Notes: generated from the sequence alone by a model not told the origin. Positions 48,690-60,497 are shown, numbered from the stretch's first letter. The stretch: 64,000 nucleotides of DNA from an uncultured Candidatus Binatia bacterium (GCA_965218425.1 OZ244621.1:2432001-2496000), one strand, 5' to 3'. A program made the numbers and translations.

Positions 48690-50057
48690 ATGGCCACCAT
48701 CGAAGACAATTTCAGAAAAGTGCCGCCTCAGAATTTGGAAGCTGAAGCATCCGTTCTCGGTGGAATTCTGCTCGAAAATGAGGCCATGGACCGTGTGCTG
48801 GAAATTGTAACTCCCGACCTGTTCTACCGCGAGTCCCACCGTAAAGTCTTCCGGGCCATGATGGAGCTGGCCGAGCGCAGAGAACCGGTGGATCTCATCA
48901 CCTTGAGCGAGTTCTTGAAGGCGAAGGGGGAGCTGGAGGCTGTGGGAGGGACAGCTTACCTTGCTTCACTGGCAAATCTGGTTCCCACGTCCGCCAATAT
49001 TGCTCATTACGCTCGGATTATTCGCGAAAAGGGAATCCTGAGAAACCTCATTAACGTCGCCACCGGGATTGCCACCCGTGGGTTTGAAGATCAAGGTAAC
49101 TTAGAGGAAATTCTCGACGAAGCGGAAAAGAGCATTTTTGATATCTCGGAGAGAAGAATCAAATCATCCTTTGTATTTCTTGGGGACATGATGAATGACT
49201 CCATCAAAATGGTGGAGAAGCTCTACGAGCGCAAGGAAATGGTCACCGGGGTGCCCACCGGGTTTAATAAGCTGGATAGTATCACCGCGGGCCTCCAACC
49301 CTCAGACCTAATCGTAGTGGCCGGTAGACCCAGCATGGGGAAGACCGCCTTCAGCCTTAACGTTGCAGCCTACGCCGCCTTGCAGGCGAAAATTGGAGTG
49401 GCCGTGTTTTCCCTTGAAATGGCCAAAGAACAGTTGGGGCTTCGAATGCTTTGCTCGGAGGCAAGAGTCGACCACTCGAAGGTCCGGTCAGGCCATTTAG
49501 CGGAGCGGGAGTTTGACCCTTTGATAAAAGCCGCGGGAAGGTTGGCCGAGGCCCCCGTCTACATCGATGATACCCCCGCCATCTCAATTTTAGAGCTCAG
49601 GGCGAAGTCGCGTCGTCTGGTACGAGATAGAGATAAAAAAATTGGCCTAATCGTTGTGGATTATCTCCAACTCATGCGCGGTCTGTCCGCGGTGCAAAAC
49701 CGTGAACAGGAAATTTCGGAAATTTCACGATCCCTAAAGGCCTTGGCCAAAGAGCTCAATATCCCGATTATTGCCATTTCGCAGCTTAATCGTCGTGTGG
49801 AGGATCGGGGGGACAGGCGACCCATGATGGCGGATCTGAGGGAATCCGGAGCCATCGAGCAAGACGCTGATGTTATCGCCTTTATTTACCGGGATGAATT
49901 ATACAACAAAGACTCAGCGGACCAGGGAACGGCGGAAATCATCGTGGCGAAACAACGTAACGGTCCCACCGGCATGGTTCGCCTGACATTTATCAATGAG
50001 ATCACCCGGTTTGAAAATTACTCCCAGGCTGACGCTTTTTATCAGGAAGAGGCTTAA
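48690..50057 (+). CDS. dnaB: Replicative DNA helicase
   Basis: AGRPSMGKT, FSLEM, VDYLQLM, SQLNR, DLRESGAIEQDAD, KQRNGP. Confidence 0.98.
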   Translation: MATIEDNFRKVPPQNLEAEASVLGGILLENEAMDRVLEIVTPDLFYRESHRKVFRAMMELAERREPVDLITLSEFLKAKGELEAVGGTAYLASLANLVPTSANIAHYARIIREKGILRNLINVATGIATRGFEDQGNLEEILDEAEKSIFDISERRIKSSFVFLGDMMNDSIKMVEKLYERKEMVTGVPTGFNKLDSITAGLQPSDLIVVAGRPSMGKTAFSLNVAAYAALQAKIGVAVFSLEMAKEQLGLRMLCSEARVDHSKVRSGHLAEREFDPLIKAAGRLAEAPVYIDDTPAISILELRAKSRRLVRDRDKKIGLIVVDYLQLMRGLSAVQNREQEISEISRSLKALAKELNIPIIAISQLNRRVEDRGDRRPMMADLRESGAIEQDADVIAFIYRDELYNKDSADQGTAEIIVAKQRNGPTGMVRLTFINEITRFENYSQADAFYQEEA

Positions 50058-50692
50058 GAACTTTGAGCTTGAGCTAATACCCTTCTTACTTTCTCCACGA
50101 TATCCTTCGCCGCTATCAGATCACTGATCATGGCCGCCCCATGGGCCCCTGCTCGCCAGACCTCCTTCACGTTCGTCTCGGTGATGCCCCCGATGGCGAC
50201 GATTGGGAGTCGGACGGCGCGACGGATCTCCTGAAGCATGGGGAGGCCCCGGGGGGAATAACCCGTCTCTTTGGTCATGGAGCCGAAGATGGGACCAAAG
50301 CCGATATAGTGGGCGCCGCCACGTTCCGCCTCTTTTGCCTGCTCCAAGGTATGGGTGGAAATACCAATGAGCCGATTCCCCATGATTCTCTTGGCCGCCG
50401 CGAGAGGGAGATCATCCTGCCCCAGATGAACACCATCGGCCCCACATGCCAAGGCGATATCCACTCGGTCGTTGACGATGAGTAGGCAGCCCGCTTGAGA
50501 AGTCTGCTTCCTTAGCTCCACCGCCAGCTGGAGGAATTCGTTTGCGGTTTTATCCTTGACCCGGAGCTGGATCACTGAGATCCCTCCCTCGAGCAGGAGG
50601 CGCCCAACCGATAGAGGCGGGCTTTGTGTGCTCTGGCTGGGGTCGAAGATGGTGTAAAGAGGCGAGGGCAAGCGAAAGGAGCTACTCTTCAT
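50054..50692 (-). CDS. thiE: Thiamine-phosphate synthase
   Basis: [30 protein letters not shown]. Confidence 0.95.
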   Translation of the reverse strand: MKSSSFRLPSPLYTIFDPSQSTQSPPLSVGRLLLEGGISVIQLRVKDKTANEFLQLAVELRKQTSQAGCLLIVNDRVDIALACGADGVHLGQDDLPLAAAKRIMGNRLIGISTHTLEQAKEAERGGAHYIGFGPIFGSMTKETGYSPRGLPMLQEIRRAVRLPIVAIGGITETNVKEVWRAGAHGAAMISDLIAAKDIVEKVRRVLAQAQSS

Positions 50693-52130
50693 AAGAGTCT
50701 TTTACGCTGATGTGGAGATTGGTAATTTTCTTGCGTAACGTATTTCGGTTGATACCAAGTAACTGGGCCGCGCGGATCTGGTTGCCTCGCGTGGCTTTTA
50801 GGGTCAGCTCGATTAAGGGCCGCTCCACCCGTTCGATTACCAGGGAGTAAAGGTTTTCTACGTCCACCCCCCGGGTCCGATTAAAATAGTCGTCCAGCTT
50901 GCGCTGAATAACTTCCTCCAGGGAGAGGTCCTCATAGTCCGGGAGAGAAGTTTCCGATCCGGTGGACAGGTTGAAGTCTTTGGGAAACAGGATGGTCCCA
51001 GGAGATAGAACCGCGGCGCGAATCATCACGTTCTCCAACTCCCTGACGTTTCCTGGCCACGGGTAGGCTTCCAGTAATTTCAAGGCATCCGGGGAGACGC
51101 CGGAAATCCGAGTTCCCATATCTCGGTTGTGATTTTCAATGAAGAAGGCCACTAGAAGGACAATGTCCCCCTTGCGTTCCCGCAGGGGAGGGAGATGGAT
51201 GGGGATGACTTTCAATCGGAAGTAGAGATCTTCCCGGAACCTCTTCTCCCGAACCGCTTTCTCAAGGTCCTGGTTTGTGGAGGCAAGGATGCGCACATCC
51301 GTTTTCAGGATCTCCCGCCCGCCCACTCGACTGAACTCCTCTTCTTGGAGGGCTCTTAGGAGTTTGGTCTGGAGGTTCATGGGTAGATCCCCGATCTCAT
51401 CAAGGAAAAGGGTTCCCCCTTCCGCCTGCTCAAATTTCCCGACCCTGCGTTCCAAGGCGCCCGTGAAGGAACCCTTTTCATGGCCGAAAAACTCGCTCTC
51501 CAGTAGCTCTTTGGGAATGGCGGCACAGTTCACGGCAATGAACGGTTTGTTCCAGCGGGGAGAGTTATAGTGAATGGTTTTTGCCACCAGTTCTTTTCCG
51601 GTGCCGCTCTCGCCCAGAATCAGAATGGTGGCGTGGGTGGAAACCACCTGTCCGATGGTCTTGAAGACCTTCTGTAACGCGGGGCTCTCGCCAACCATGT
51701 TGCCCCCAGGTTCGTATTTCTTTTTGACTTCTTCCTTGAGCTCGTGAAAATCCCGGCTCAATTTCCGATTTTCCAACGCCCGCTGAACCACCACCAGCAT
51801 TTCATCAAGGTCGAAGGGTTTGGTGATGTAATCAAAGGCTCCCCCCTTCATGGCCTCGATGGCGTTTTTCATGGTGTTTTGAGCGGTCATCACGATAAAC
51901 GAGGTGTCGAGTCCCTCTTCTTTGGCTTCCTTGAGGAGCGTAATCCCATCGATATCCGGCAGTTTGATATCTACCAGGGAGACGTCGAAGGGATTGTCGT
52001 GCAGATGAACCTTGGCCACTTGACCGCTTTCGACGGTCTGGACCCAAAAGCCCTCTCTTTCGAGTGCCTTTTTCAGCACAAGGCGAAGGGACTCTTCATC
52101 ATCCACAACGAGGATTTTTCCTTGGTCCAT
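50682..52130 (-). CDS. ntrC: NtrC-type sigma54 response regulator
   Basis: REC domain, [22 protein letters not shown], Fis-type [14 protein letters not shown]; alternative TTG start at 52145. Confidence 0.88.
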   Translation of the reverse strand: MDQGKILVVDDEESLRLVLKKALEREGFWVQTVESGQVAKVHLHDNPFDVSLVDIKLPDIDGITLLKEAKEEGLDTSFIVMTAQNTMKNAIEAMKGGAFDYITKPFDLDEMLVVVQRALENRKLSRDFHELKEEVKKKYEPGGNMVGESPALQKVFKTIGQVVSTHATILILGESGTGKELVAKTIHYNSPRWNKPFIAVNCAAIPKELLESEFFGHEKGSFTGALERRVGKFEQAEGGTLFLDEIGDLPMNLQTKLLRALQEEEFSRVGGREILKTDVRILASTNQDLEKAVREKRFREDLYFRLKVIPIHLPPLRERKGDIVLLVAFFIENHNRDMGTRISGVSPDALKLLEAYPWPGNVRELENVMIRAAVLSPGTILFPKDFNLSTGSETSLPDYEDLSLEEVIQRKLDDYFNRTRGVDVENLYSLVIERVERPLIELTLKATRGNQIRAAQLLGINRNTLRKKITNLHISVKDSYEE

Positions 52131-52419
52131 AACCTGTTCAATCAACCCCGATTCGACCCTAATCGATTGAAAAAATCATTCACGCGCGCACCAACCCTGC
52201 GCAAGAGCGGTTTGGTCCATTTAGTGCGAAACTACCCGGCGGTGAAGTTCCAGATCAGCCTTCCATACGGGGGAAGTTTTGCAAAGCGCACTCCACGATC
52301 GCGCATTTCTTTTTTCTTATTGGAATAGGGAGCAACCTCCACACAAAATTGGACTCCCATGTCAAGGTCATCCCTCTTGATCTCTAGTAAATCCAACGGG
52401 GCGGCTGCAAGAGCCGTCC

Positions 52420-53550
52420 CTAGGCAGTTTTATGGGCCACCACCAATGAGACCCTAAAAGCGGCTCCTTTTCCCTCGGAAGTATCCACCCCAATGAAACC
52501 ACCATGTTCCTTGATGATCCGATGACAAATGGCCAGTCCGAGGCCGGTACCATTGCTCTTTGTGGTAAAGAATGGAGAAAAAATGTGTGAAAGGTGCTCC
52601 TCTTCAATTCCCAGACCATTGTCTTCGATGTTGACGCGGATGAGCTTCCCTCCCAGGTTGCCTACTTCCCGAATGTGGTAGTCGGTTTCCATTCGAGTGG
52701 TTACGGTTAGTTGCCCTCCTGTCTTCATGGCCTGAAGGGCATTTTTAACCAGATTTAAAAAAACCTGGATGAGTCGGTCTCGGTCGCCAATGACGGGGGG
52801 TAGACTAGGGTCGAAGTTTTTGTTGACACTGACCTTGGAGCTGGAGATGGTCTGATTTTCCAGAAACAGGACATGGCCTAGGATCTCATGAATATTCAAC
52901 GGAATGAGATGGAGTTTAGGAGGCCGGGACAGGTCCAAAAGTTGTTCCATCAACTGATCGATACGATTAACTTCGCGAACGATAATGTCGCTGTATTCCA
53001 CCAGAGAGGATTCCTGCGCCACTTCCTTCTTGAGCAGCTGGGAGGCTCCTTTGATTCCGCCTAAAGGATTCTTGATCTCATGGGCCAGCCCCGCAGCCAG
53101 GGTTCCTAACAGGGCCATTCGATCAGACCGCTTTAACTGTTCCTCCATCTGTCTCTGATAGCTCAGGTCACGCAGCAGCAAAACGGCTCCCTCCTGTTTC
53201 CCAGACTGATCCTGTAGGGGTGAGACCATCAAGCTTACTGGGCGCTGACTCCATCGTTGGGTGACGAAGTCACCTTCCCCTCGGGTACTGCTGTGCTGTG
53301 GAAACTGGCCTTTCTCTACCATTTCAATGAGCCATGGGTTGCGTTTGAATACCAGGCTATAGGGTTGCCCTTGGATTTGGAGGGCGGAGGTCCCCGTAAG
53401 GATCTCGGCCGCTTGGTTTAAAAAGGAGACCTTCCCCTGTTGATCGATAATCACCACGGCCTCTTCGAGGCTCGTCAGGATGTTTTTCCAGGATAAGGGC
53501 GAAACGCGCTTGTCCTGTTTCGTCTGCCCGCCCATTGTTTCTGTCCTCAT
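52420..53550 (-). CDS. ntrB: NtrB-type PAS histidine kinase
   Basis: PAS, AHEIKNPLGGIKGASQLL, NLVKNA, DNGLG, GTGLGL; start uncertain (53550 or 53535). Confidence 0.88.
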   Translation of the reverse strand: MRTETMGGQTKQDKRVSPLSWKNILTSLEEAVVIIDQQGKVSFLNQAAEILTGTSALQIQGQPYSLVFKRNPWLIEMVEKGQFPQHSSTRGEGDFVTQRWSQRPVSLMVSPLQDQSGKQEGAVLLLRDLSYQRQMEEQLKRSDRMALLGTLAAGLAHEIKNPLGGIKGASQLLKKEVAQESSLVEYSDIIVREVNRIDQLMEQLLDLSRPPKLHLIPLNIHEILGHVLFLENQTISSSKVSVNKNFDPSLPPVIGDRDRLIQVFLNLVKNALQAMKTGGQLTVTTRMETDYHIREVGNLGGKLIRVNIEDNGLGIEEEHLSHIFSPFFTTKSNGTGLGLAICHRIIKEHGGFIGVDTSEGKGAAFRVSLVVAHKTA

Positions 53551-53596
53551 TGGCAAAATCGAATGATAGCAAATAATGCCCAGCGGGCAAACGTCT

Positions 53597-53612
53597 TGCA
53601 TTCACACTGCCC
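53597..53612 (-). promoter_or_regulatory. Possible sigma54 -24/-12 promoter for ntrB
   Basis: Minus strand GGGCAGTGTGAATGCA (GG-N10-GC). Confidence 0.25.
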
Positions 53613-53651
53613 CCATGCTACTAAATATTCGAAGCTTTGGTGGTCACTCCC

Positions 53652-53677
53652 AAAGTGGGCCTATGCCCGCTTTTTTT
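53652..53677 (+). promoter_or_regulatory. rimP leader hairpin/attenuator
   Basis: AAAGTGGGC-CTAT-GCCCGCTTT followed by a T run, in the usual position before rimP-nusA-infB. Confidence 0.7.
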
Positions 53678-53696
53678 GTTTTTGGGGGTATCTATC

Positions 53697-54191
53697 ATGG
53701 ATGGCGATTCCACAGTATCGCGGGTCTGGGAGATTGCATCGCCGCTGGCGGCGGATGAAGGGTTAGAAATCTTTGACATAGAGTTTCGCCGTGAGGGGAG
53801 GGGAGGTTGGGTATTAAGGTTATACCTGGATAAGGAGGGTGGACCCAATCTCGACGACTTAACCCGCGTGAGCCGCCAATTGGGCGATCTTCTAAATGTC
53901 CACGATGTCATTCAGAGGTCTTATACCTTGGAGGTTTCTTCTCCAGGTGTCAACCGCGCGCTCAAGAGGCCCGAGCATTTTACCCGTTTTGTGGGGAAGC
54001 GAATTCGAGTTCGCACCCGGGAGAGGATCGAAGGGCGGAGATCGTTTTTGGGTCTTCTCAAAGAGAGCACCCAGGACGGCATTGTGGTTTCCGGCGAAAA
54101 TGTGGAGCTTTACATACCCTACGGGATGATTGAGAGAGCCAACTACGAGCACGATTGGGACGGAGAGAGTAAGAACAGGGAGCACCGGTAA
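53697..54191 (+). CDS. rimP: Ribosome maturation factor RimP
   Basis: LRLYLDKEGG, YTLEVSSPGVNR; synteny. Confidence 0.95.
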   Translation: MDGDSTVSRVWEIASPLAADEGLEIFDIEFRREGRGGWVLRLYLDKEGGPNLDDLTRVSRQLGDLLNVHDVIQRSYTLEVSSPGVNRALKRPEHFTRFVGKRIRVRTRERIEGRRSFLGLLKESTQDGIVVSGENVELYIPYGMIERANYEHDWDGESKNREHR

Positions 54192-54254
54192 GTTTCTTCT
54201 TTTAGGGAATCCATTGGCGGTTGTTGTTGCTAACAACTGAATTCGGGAGCGGAG

Positions 54255-55673
54255 ATGCAGCAGGATTTAAATCGAGTCATTGAACAGATTAGTAAGGAAA
54301 AAGGCATTGATAAGTCTATCCTTATCGGTGCCCTGGAAAACGCCATGATCTCAGCCGCTAAGAAAACATTTGGCCAAGAGCGGAAGATTGAGGCACAGTT
54401 TAACCCTGAGCTCGGTGAGGTTGAGCTTTTTGAAGCTAAGCGGATTGTAGGGGAGGTCAGCGACCCGGATGCCGAGATCACGCTTCAAGAAGCACGTGAC
54501 ACCCTTGATCCGGAAGCGGAGTTGGGCGATGAACTCTTGACCAAGTTGGACGCCACCTCCTTCGGTCGAATCGCGGCCCAGGCGGCTAAGCAAAACATTG
54601 TTCAACGAGTGCGGGACGCCGAGCGCGAAATTATCTATAACGAATTCAAGCAGCGTGAGGGAGAGTTGATCCACGGGATCGTCCAGCGTTTCGAAAAGAA
54701 GAGCATCATTGTAAACATGGGAAAGACCAACGCCATTCTCCCTGAAAAGGAGCAGGTTCCTCGGGAACGCTACCGGCAGAACGATCGAATTCGTGTTTAT
54801 ATTGCAAGTGTGGAGATGACCGCCAGAGGTCCGCAAATCATTGTATCGCGAACCCACCCTGGGATGTTGCAGAAACTCTTTGTGCAGGAAGTTCCGGAGA
54901 TCTATGAAGGCATCGTTGAAATAAAAGGAGTCGCCAGGGAGCCGGGAGGCCGGGCAAAAATCGCTGTGGCCTCCAGGGATCCCGATGTGGATCCGGTGGG
55001 GGCCTGTGTGGGGATGAGGGGGATGCGGGTTCAGGCGGTGGTTCAGGAACTTCGCGGAGAAAAGATTGACATTGTCCATTGGATCGCTGACCAGGCGGAG
55101 TATGCCTGTCGCGCGTTGGCCCCGGCCAAGGTGGCAAAGATCATCATGTCGGAGGACGAGCACAGTATGGAGGTTATCGTCCCCGACGAGCAGCTGTCCT
55201 TGGCCATTGGAAGAAAAGGTCAGAATGTGCGTTTGGCTTCGCGTTTGACGGGATGGAGAATCGACGTCCGCAGTGAGGCTGAGGCGGAAGAAGAAAATCG
55301 CCGAGCCCGAATCTCCCTGGGCGCGGTTGCTGGGGTGAATGATATGGTTGCGGAGCTTCTCTATCAGGCGGGGTATAAGTCTGCCGAGGAACTGGCTGAG
55401 GCGGAGCTTACGGAAATTCAGGAAGTGGACGGTATAACGGCGGAAAAGGCGGAGGCGATTCATCAAGCAAGCAAGACCCATGTGGAAGAATTGAAACAAT
55501 TGGAAGAACAGAGGCTATTGGAGGAGCAGAGACGGGCTGAGGAACAATCGGAAGAAGGTTCGTTGGAAGAACAGGTGACCGCTGCGGAACAGAGCAATAC
55601 CGGGGAAGGGGTGACGGAAGAGGCGGCCGAAGGTGTAGAAAAAGAAGGACGAGAAGAACCGAAGGCAGAATAG
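54255..55673 (+). CDS. nusA: Transcription factor NusA
   Basis: FGRIAAQAAKQ, AREPGGRAKIAV, DPVGACVG, AIGRKGQNVRLA; acidic tail. Confidence 0.98.
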   Translation: MQQDLNRVIEQISKEKGIDKSILIGALENAMISAAKKTFGQERKIEAQFNPELGEVELFEAKRIVGEVSDPDAEITLQEARDTLDPEAELGDELLTKLDATSFGRIAAQAAKQNIVQRVRDAEREIIYNEFKQREGELIHGIVQRFEKKSIIVNMGKTNAILPEKEQVPRERYRQNDRIRVYIASVEMTARGPQIIVSRTHPGMLQKLFVQEVPEIYEGIVEIKGVAREPGGRAKIAVASRDPDVDPVGACVGMRGMRVQAVVQELRGEKIDIVHWIADQAEYACRALAPAKVAKIIMSEDEHSMEVIVPDEQLSLAIGRKGQNVRLASRLTGWRIDVRSEAEAEEENRRARISLGAVAGVNDMVAELLYQAGYKSAEELAEAELTEIQEVDGITAEKAEAIHQASKTHVEELKQLEEQRLLEEQRRAEEQSEEGSLEEQVTAAEQSNTGEGVTEEAAEGVEKEGREEPKAE

Positions 55674-55683
55674 GCGGGTACGC

Positions 55684-55965
55684 TTGAAGCGAGATCATCG
55701 CCCAGAACGAACCTGCCTCGGATGTGGTGACCGGGACCAAAAAGGGAATTTACTGCGTTTGGTGGTCACCAGCGGCGGAGAGTTAAGAGTCGACCGGACG
55801 GGAAGCGGGCGAGGAGGTTATCTTCACCACAAGGAGGCTTGTTGGGAAGCCTTCTTGGGTAAAAAGAAACTCTACCGTGCGTTTCACTTAGAGATTGGAC
55901 GCGAAGCCAGAGGAAAACTGATTCAAGGTTTACGTAATCGGCGTTGGGAGAATGGAGATGAGTAA
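55684..55965 (+). CDS. ylxR: YlxR/RnpM (DUF448) RNA-binding protein
   Basis: [19 protein letters not shown]; synteny. Confidence 0.9.
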   Translation: MKRDHRPERTCLGCGDRDQKGNLLRLVVTSGGELRVDRTGSGRGGYLHHKEACWEAFLGKKKLYRAFHLEIGREARGKLIQGLRNRRWENGDE

Positions 55966-58663
55966 GGTAAGGGTTCATCAACTGGCCAAAGAGTTGGGGA
56001 TCGAGCCAAAAGACTTCATCGCGCGTTTGGACAAGCTGGGGGTGCGTGGAAAAAGAGCGCAGAGTTCCCTTGAGGTAGAAGAAGTTGAAAGTATCCGATC
56101 TGCGTTCTCCGTGGACCTGAAGCCTCAGGTCCAGGTAGGGGAAGAAAAGGTAACGGCGGATCGGGTGGTGAAGGGTCAGGATGAGGTCTTAGGGGAAGTC
56201 CAGGCTCGAGAACAGGTGGTGGAGCGCAGGGTTCGTGCCAACGTGATCCGGCGACGTACAAGTCGAACGGAGGTCGTTCAGCAACCCCTGCCCCCAATGG
56301 AGGAACCCCCACGGAGCCCCATGGAAGACATTCCCCCCGACCTTCCTCCTCTCGTGGAGCCTGAGCCTACTGTTGCGGTTGAGCAAGAGTTGCCAACGGA
56401 ACCGACCATGCCTGCGGAGCCCGCACCTCCCGCTCAGGCTACTCAGGAGGCTGAGCCGGAGGCGGTGGTGGAGGCAAAGGGCGCCCCAGTTGCAGAGGAG
56501 CCCACAAAGGGGCCCAGGGTCCTGGGACGAATCGATTTAAAGAAAGTCGGCCAGGCGGAGTCCAAAGAGGTTGCTCGACGCCGGCCCGCTGGAGAACCTG
56601 ATCCCACCCCCGTTGCGGTGGAACCCCAAAAAGAGCAGAGAGAGGTTCGAAAGCCAGTGGCACCTACGGAGGGGGCGACTGAGGAAGCGGGGGGGCAACC
56701 CAAAAGCACAAAAAGTAAAAGACGCGTTATCCAAAGACAGGAGGGTCTTGAGGCCAGGGGGCGGGAGTTTCGGTCAGGGTATTTGCCCAAGAAAAAGAAG
56801 GCCCTGCCTGGCAAAGACCAGAAGAAAACAGAAATTACGGTCCCCAAGGCCGGTAAGCGAGTAGTCAAAATATCCGAGGCCATTAGCGTCGGTGAGCTTT
56901 CAAGGAACATGGGGGTGAAGGCAGGGGATGTGATTAAGAAGCTAATGGACCTGGGTATGATGGCCACCATCAATCAAGTGATCGACTCGGAGACAGCGAG
57001 TCTGGTGGCGTCCGATTTTGACTATCAAGTGGAGAACGTAGCCCTAGACGTGGAGTCGGTGATGGAGATGGAGCACGAGGTGAAGGAGCCGGAGATTGCG
57101 CTGCGGACCAGACCACCCGTTGTCACCATGATGGGACATGTGGATCATGGGAAAACCTCCCTGCTCGATGCCATACGGAGCGCTGACGTTACGGGTCAAG
57201 AGGCTGGGGGCATTACCCAGCATATTGGAGCCTATCGCACGGATGTGGACGGTAGAAGCGTGACGTTTTTGGATACGCCAGGTCATGAAGCGTTCACCGC
57301 CATGCGTGCCAGGGGAGCCAAGGTTACTGACATCGTTGTGTTGGTTGTGGCAGCCGACGATGGCGTGATGCCTCAGACTGTGGAGGCAATAAACCATGCC
57401 CGGGCCGCCGGGAACCCCATGGTGGTGGCGATCAATAAAGTCGACAAGCCCGATGCCAACGTGGACCGGGTCAAAAGGGGACTGTCTGAACACGGGTTAG
57501 TTGCCGAGGAGTGGGGGGGGGATACGATCATGGTTTCGGTCTCAGCCCAGACAAAACAAGGTATTCCTGACCTGTTGGCGATGCTGTTGCTTCAGGCGGA
57601 CGTTCTGGAGCTCAAGGCAAATCCGGATAAGTTGGCTCGCGGGGTCGTTGTGGAAGCCAGATTAGACAGGGGAAAGGGGCCCGTTGCCACGATTCTTGTG
57701 CAGGAGGGGACCCTAAGGGTGGGAGATTCCGTGGTATGCGGAACTTTCTATGGGAAAGTTCGAGCCATGATCGACGACCGCGGACGAAAGACAGACGAGG
57801 CACCGCCATCCTTTCCCGTTGAGATCCTGGGATTGCAAGGGGTTCCACGGGCAGGCGAAACCCTCTCCGCGCTTTCGGACGAGAACAAGGCAAGACAGAT
57901 CGCTGAGCACCAGCACGACCGGCAGCGAGAATCGGATTTGGCTAAATCCAGTAAGGTCTCCCTCGAAGAATTTTATGAGCGAATCAAAGCTGGGGATGTC
58001 AAAGAGCTGCAGGTGGTACTGAAGGCGGACGTCCACGGCTCAGCGGAGGCCTTGAACGAATCCTTGAGCCGGCTTGGTACAGACGAAGTGAAGCCCAGAG
58101 TGATCCATAGCTCTGTGGGCGGAATTACGGAGAGTGACATCTTGTTGGCCTCTGCATCGAATGCCATTGTTATAGGTTTTAATGTGCGTCCAGAGTCCAA
58201 GGCAAGTAACCTGGCGAGTCAAGAAGGGGTGGATGTTCGGCTCTACACGGTAATCTATGAGGTTCTTGCTGACATCAAAGCAGCCTTGGAAGGAATGTTG
58301 GAACCTACCTACAGGGAAGTGCTGCAGGGGCGCGCACAGGTCCGAGACATTTTCCACGCCCGCGGAGTAGGTACGGTTGCGGGGTGCTATGTCAGTGAAG
58401 GCAAAATTCAACGCGGCAGCCTGGTCCGGTTGCTAAGGGATCAGGTGGTTGTCCACCAAGGGGAATTGGCCAGCCTCAGGCGCTTTAAGGATGATGTGCG
58501 GGAGGTGTCCATGGGCTACGAATGTGGTATGGCTATCCAGGGATACCAGGATGTGAAGGTGGGGGATTTGATTGAGGCCTATGAACGCACGGCGGTAGCG
58601 AGACACATCAGTTCCGGCTCAGGACGAGAGGCCTCCCAAAGTTCAGCCGCTACGGGTCGCTAA
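55958..58663 (+). CDS. infB: Translation initiation factor IF-2
   Basis: [28 protein letters not shown]; alternative ATG at 55952. Confidence 0.98.
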   Translation: MSKVRVHQLAKELGIEPKDFIARLDKLGVRGKRAQSSLEVEEVESIRSAFSVDLKPQVQVGEEKVTADRVVKGQDEVLGEVQAREQVVERRVRANVIRRRTSRTEVVQQPLPPMEEPPRSPMEDIPPDLPPLVEPEPTVAVEQELPTEPTMPAEPAPPAQATQEAEPEAVVEAKGAPVAEEPTKGPRVLGRIDLKKVGQAESKEVARRRPAGEPDPTPVAVEPQKEQREVRKPVAPTEGATEEAGGQPKSTKSKRRVIQRQEGLEARGREFRSGYLPKKKKALPGKDQKKTEITVPKAGKRVVKISEAISVGELSRNMGVKAGDVIKKLMDLGMMATINQVIDSETASLVASDFDYQVENVALDVESVMEMEHEVKEPEIALRTRPPVVTMMGHVDHGKTSLLDAIRSADVTGQEAGGITQHIGAYRTDVDGRSVTFLDTPGHEAFTAMRARGAKVTDIVVLVVAADDGVMPQTVEAINHARAAGNPMVVAINKVDKPDANVDRVKRGLSEHGLVAEEWGGDTIMVSVSAQTKQGIPDLLAMLLLQADVLELKANPDKLARGVVVEARLDRGKGPVATILVQEGTLRVGDSVVCGTFYGKVRAMIDDRGRKTDEAPPSFPVEILGLQGVPRAGETLSALSDENKARQIAEHQHDRQRESDLAKSSKVSLEEFYERIKAGDVKELQVVLKADVHGSAEALNESLSRLGTDEVKPRVIHSSVGGITESDILLASASNAIVIGFNVRPESKASNLASQEGVDVRLYTVIYEVLADIKAALEGMLEPTYREVLQGRAQVRDIFHARGVGTVAGCYVSEGKIQRGSLVRLLRDQVVVHQGELASLRRFKDDVREVSMGYECGMAIQGYQDVKVGDLIEAYERTAVARHISSGSGREASQSSAATGR

Positions 58664-58694
58664 CCCAGGGTTGCCCAGTCCGGCCTGTATTCTC

Positions 58695-58982
58695 ATGGTC
58701 GTGGGAGTTCTGAAGCTGGTCGTGATCCTTCCAGAGAACCATTCCCTGAAGGGGAAAAGGGGAGTTCTCAAAAGGGTCCAGGCGCGAGTTGCACATCAGT
58801 TTAATATTTCCGTAACAGAGTGTGGTGATCAAGATCTATGGCAGAGTGCGGTCTTAGGTTTCGCAGTGGTGGGGAGCAGTCAACCGATTGTGGATGCCAC
58901 CTTGCAGAAGGTCATTGATTTTGTGGACCGCCTCAAGCTTGCCCAGTTGGGGGCAACACAGGTGGAGTTTTTCCACTGCTAA
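58695..58982 (+). CDS. ylxP: DUF503 (YlxP) protein
   Basis: HSLKGKR, FNISVTE, QDLWQ; synteny. Confidence 0.9.
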   Translation: MVVGVLKLVVILPENHSLKGKRGVLKRVQARVAHQFNISVTECGDQDLWQSAVLGFAVVGSSQPIVDATLQKVIDFVDRLKLAQLGATQVEFFHC

Positions 58983-59019
58983 ATTACCGCTTAGCTTTCC
59001 CAAAACAGCTTCAACAACC

Positions 59020-59367
59020 ATGCAATCGAAACGCTCGGAACGGGTTGGGGACCTGATCCTAGAGTTTGTTTCCCAGGTGCTCAGCCGCGAGATCAACGAT
59101 CCGAGGGTCGGTGTAGTGACCCTCACGGGGGTCGAGGTGAGCAACGACCTCAAACATGCGCGTGTTTTTTTTAGTGTTCTTGTGAATCAGCAAGGAAAGG
59201 ACGAGGTCCTTTCCGGATTGAGGAGTGCCTCAGGTTTTATTCGTTCCAAGATTGCCCGAGAGCTGAAATTGCGCTATGTACCCACCCTTGAGTTCATTTA
59301 CGATGACACTCAGGCAAACGCCCAACGCATCGAAGAACTCTTACGGAAGGTTAAGGATGTCGAATAG
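59020..59367 (+). CDS. rbfA: Ribosome-binding factor A
   Basis: RSERV, DPRV, DLKHARVF, LRYVPTLEFIYD. Confidence 0.95.
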   Translation: MQSKRSERVGDLILEFVSQVLSREINDPRVGVVTLTGVEVSNDLKHARVFFSVLVNQQGKDEVLSGLRSASGFIRSKIARELKLRYVPTLEFIYDDTQANAQRIEELLRKVKDVE

Positions 59368-59493
59368 ACGCGACCTACTGCCCTTGACTGAATCAGGATC
59401 GCGGAGGAGGGTTTGTCACTTTGACCTGCACGACGCGATTGCACGCTAAATGAACGGTAGCTACCACGGAATTGCCCGCTCACCCATTGCGTA

Positions 59494-60405
59494 ATGGAAA
59501 GCGGTCTTCTCCTCATTGATAAACCGGAAGGTCCCACCTCCGCCGAAGTGGTTCAACGGCTCAAGACCTTTTTGGGTGCTAAAAAAGTTGGACATCTGGG
59601 CAGCCTGGACCCGTTTGCCTCCGGCCTACTTCTGGTGGGAGTCAACGAAGGAACCAAGGTGGCAGAGATTTTTCTTAATGAGCGAAAAAGTTACACGGGT
59701 ACCATCACTTTAGGAACCCAAACGGATACGCAAGACCGCACAGGGCAGGTGTTGGAGATTCGAGCAGTGCCAGATTTCGATCAACGGCAATTGGAGCGTC
59801 TCCAGACGGCTTTTGTTGGGCCCCAAAAGCAGGTTCCTCCAATGTTTTCTGCGCTTAAAAAGAATGGGGTGCCGCTTTACCGCCTTGCCCGGCAAGGGAA
59901 AACCGTGCCTCGTGCTGCGCGTGAAATTCTCATTGAGAGCCTCCGACTATGGAAAGTGAACCGAGCCGAGTTAGGCTTTGATGTGGTCTGTTCCAAGGGT
60001 ACTTATATTCGGACCCTGGCCGCCGATATGGGAAGACACCTAGGTTGCGGCGGCCACCTAATGCGCCTTCGACGGCTCACCTGCGGCCACCTCCATGTGG
60101 ATCAGGCGTTGTCTATGGATGAGCTGAAATTCATGAAACAGACAAAGGGAGAAGTCCCCCTTGTGACCTTGGCCAGAGCTCTTGGGCACATGCGTCAGGT
60201 TCCCCTGGGGGACCGCCAGGTGTCCTGGCTCAGGGTGGGTCGGCAGGAAGTGTTGCGGGAGCTGGCTCCGCCAAAGGATGGAGAAAGGATGGTTTGCCTT
60301 TCCGACTTGAAAAGGGAACCCGTTGCTTTAGCCCAGTGGGTCCACGGGGAGAGTGGTGGAACGTGGCTATTGTTTCGTGTCCTTGCTCCCCGGGGAGACG
60401 AATAA
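59494..60405 (+). CDS. truB: tRNA pseudouridine(55) synthase
   Basis: IDKPEG, KVGHLGSLDPFASG, PPMFSALK, CSKGTYIRTLA. Confidence 0.96.
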   Translation: MESGLLLIDKPEGPTSAEVVQRLKTFLGAKKVGHLGSLDPFASGLLLVGVNEGTKVAEIFLNERKSYTGTITLGTQTDTQDRTGQVLEIRAVPDFDQRQLERLQTAFVGPQKQVPPMFSALKKNGVPLYRLARQGKTVPRAAREILIESLRLWKVNRAELGFDVVCSKGTYIRTLAADMGRHLGCGGHLMRLRRLTCGHLHVDQALSMDELKFMKQTKGEVPLVTLARALGHMRQVPLGDRQVSWLRVGRQEVLRELAPPKDGERMVCLSDLKREPVALAQWVHGESGGTWLLFRVLAPRGDE

Positions 60406-60468
60406 TGCAGTCAAGACGGCCATTTCTTTAGCAGCTTAAAAAAAACGGATAACCCCGGGCCGCTGCGC

Positions 60469-60497
60469 TTTACATGGGCAAGAGAGTGTGCTACAAA
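60469..60497 (+). promoter_or_regulatory. Candidate rpsO promoter
   Basis: TTTACA-N17-TACAAA with extended -10 TG. Confidence 0.4.

Noticed and set aside
48690..50057. Intein in DnaB
   Set aside because: Normal length (455 aa) with contiguous helicase motifs.
56280..56520. Pro/Glu-rich low-complexity stretch in infB and acidic NusA tail as novel repeats
   Set aside because: Variable disordered linkers are ordinary for these proteins.
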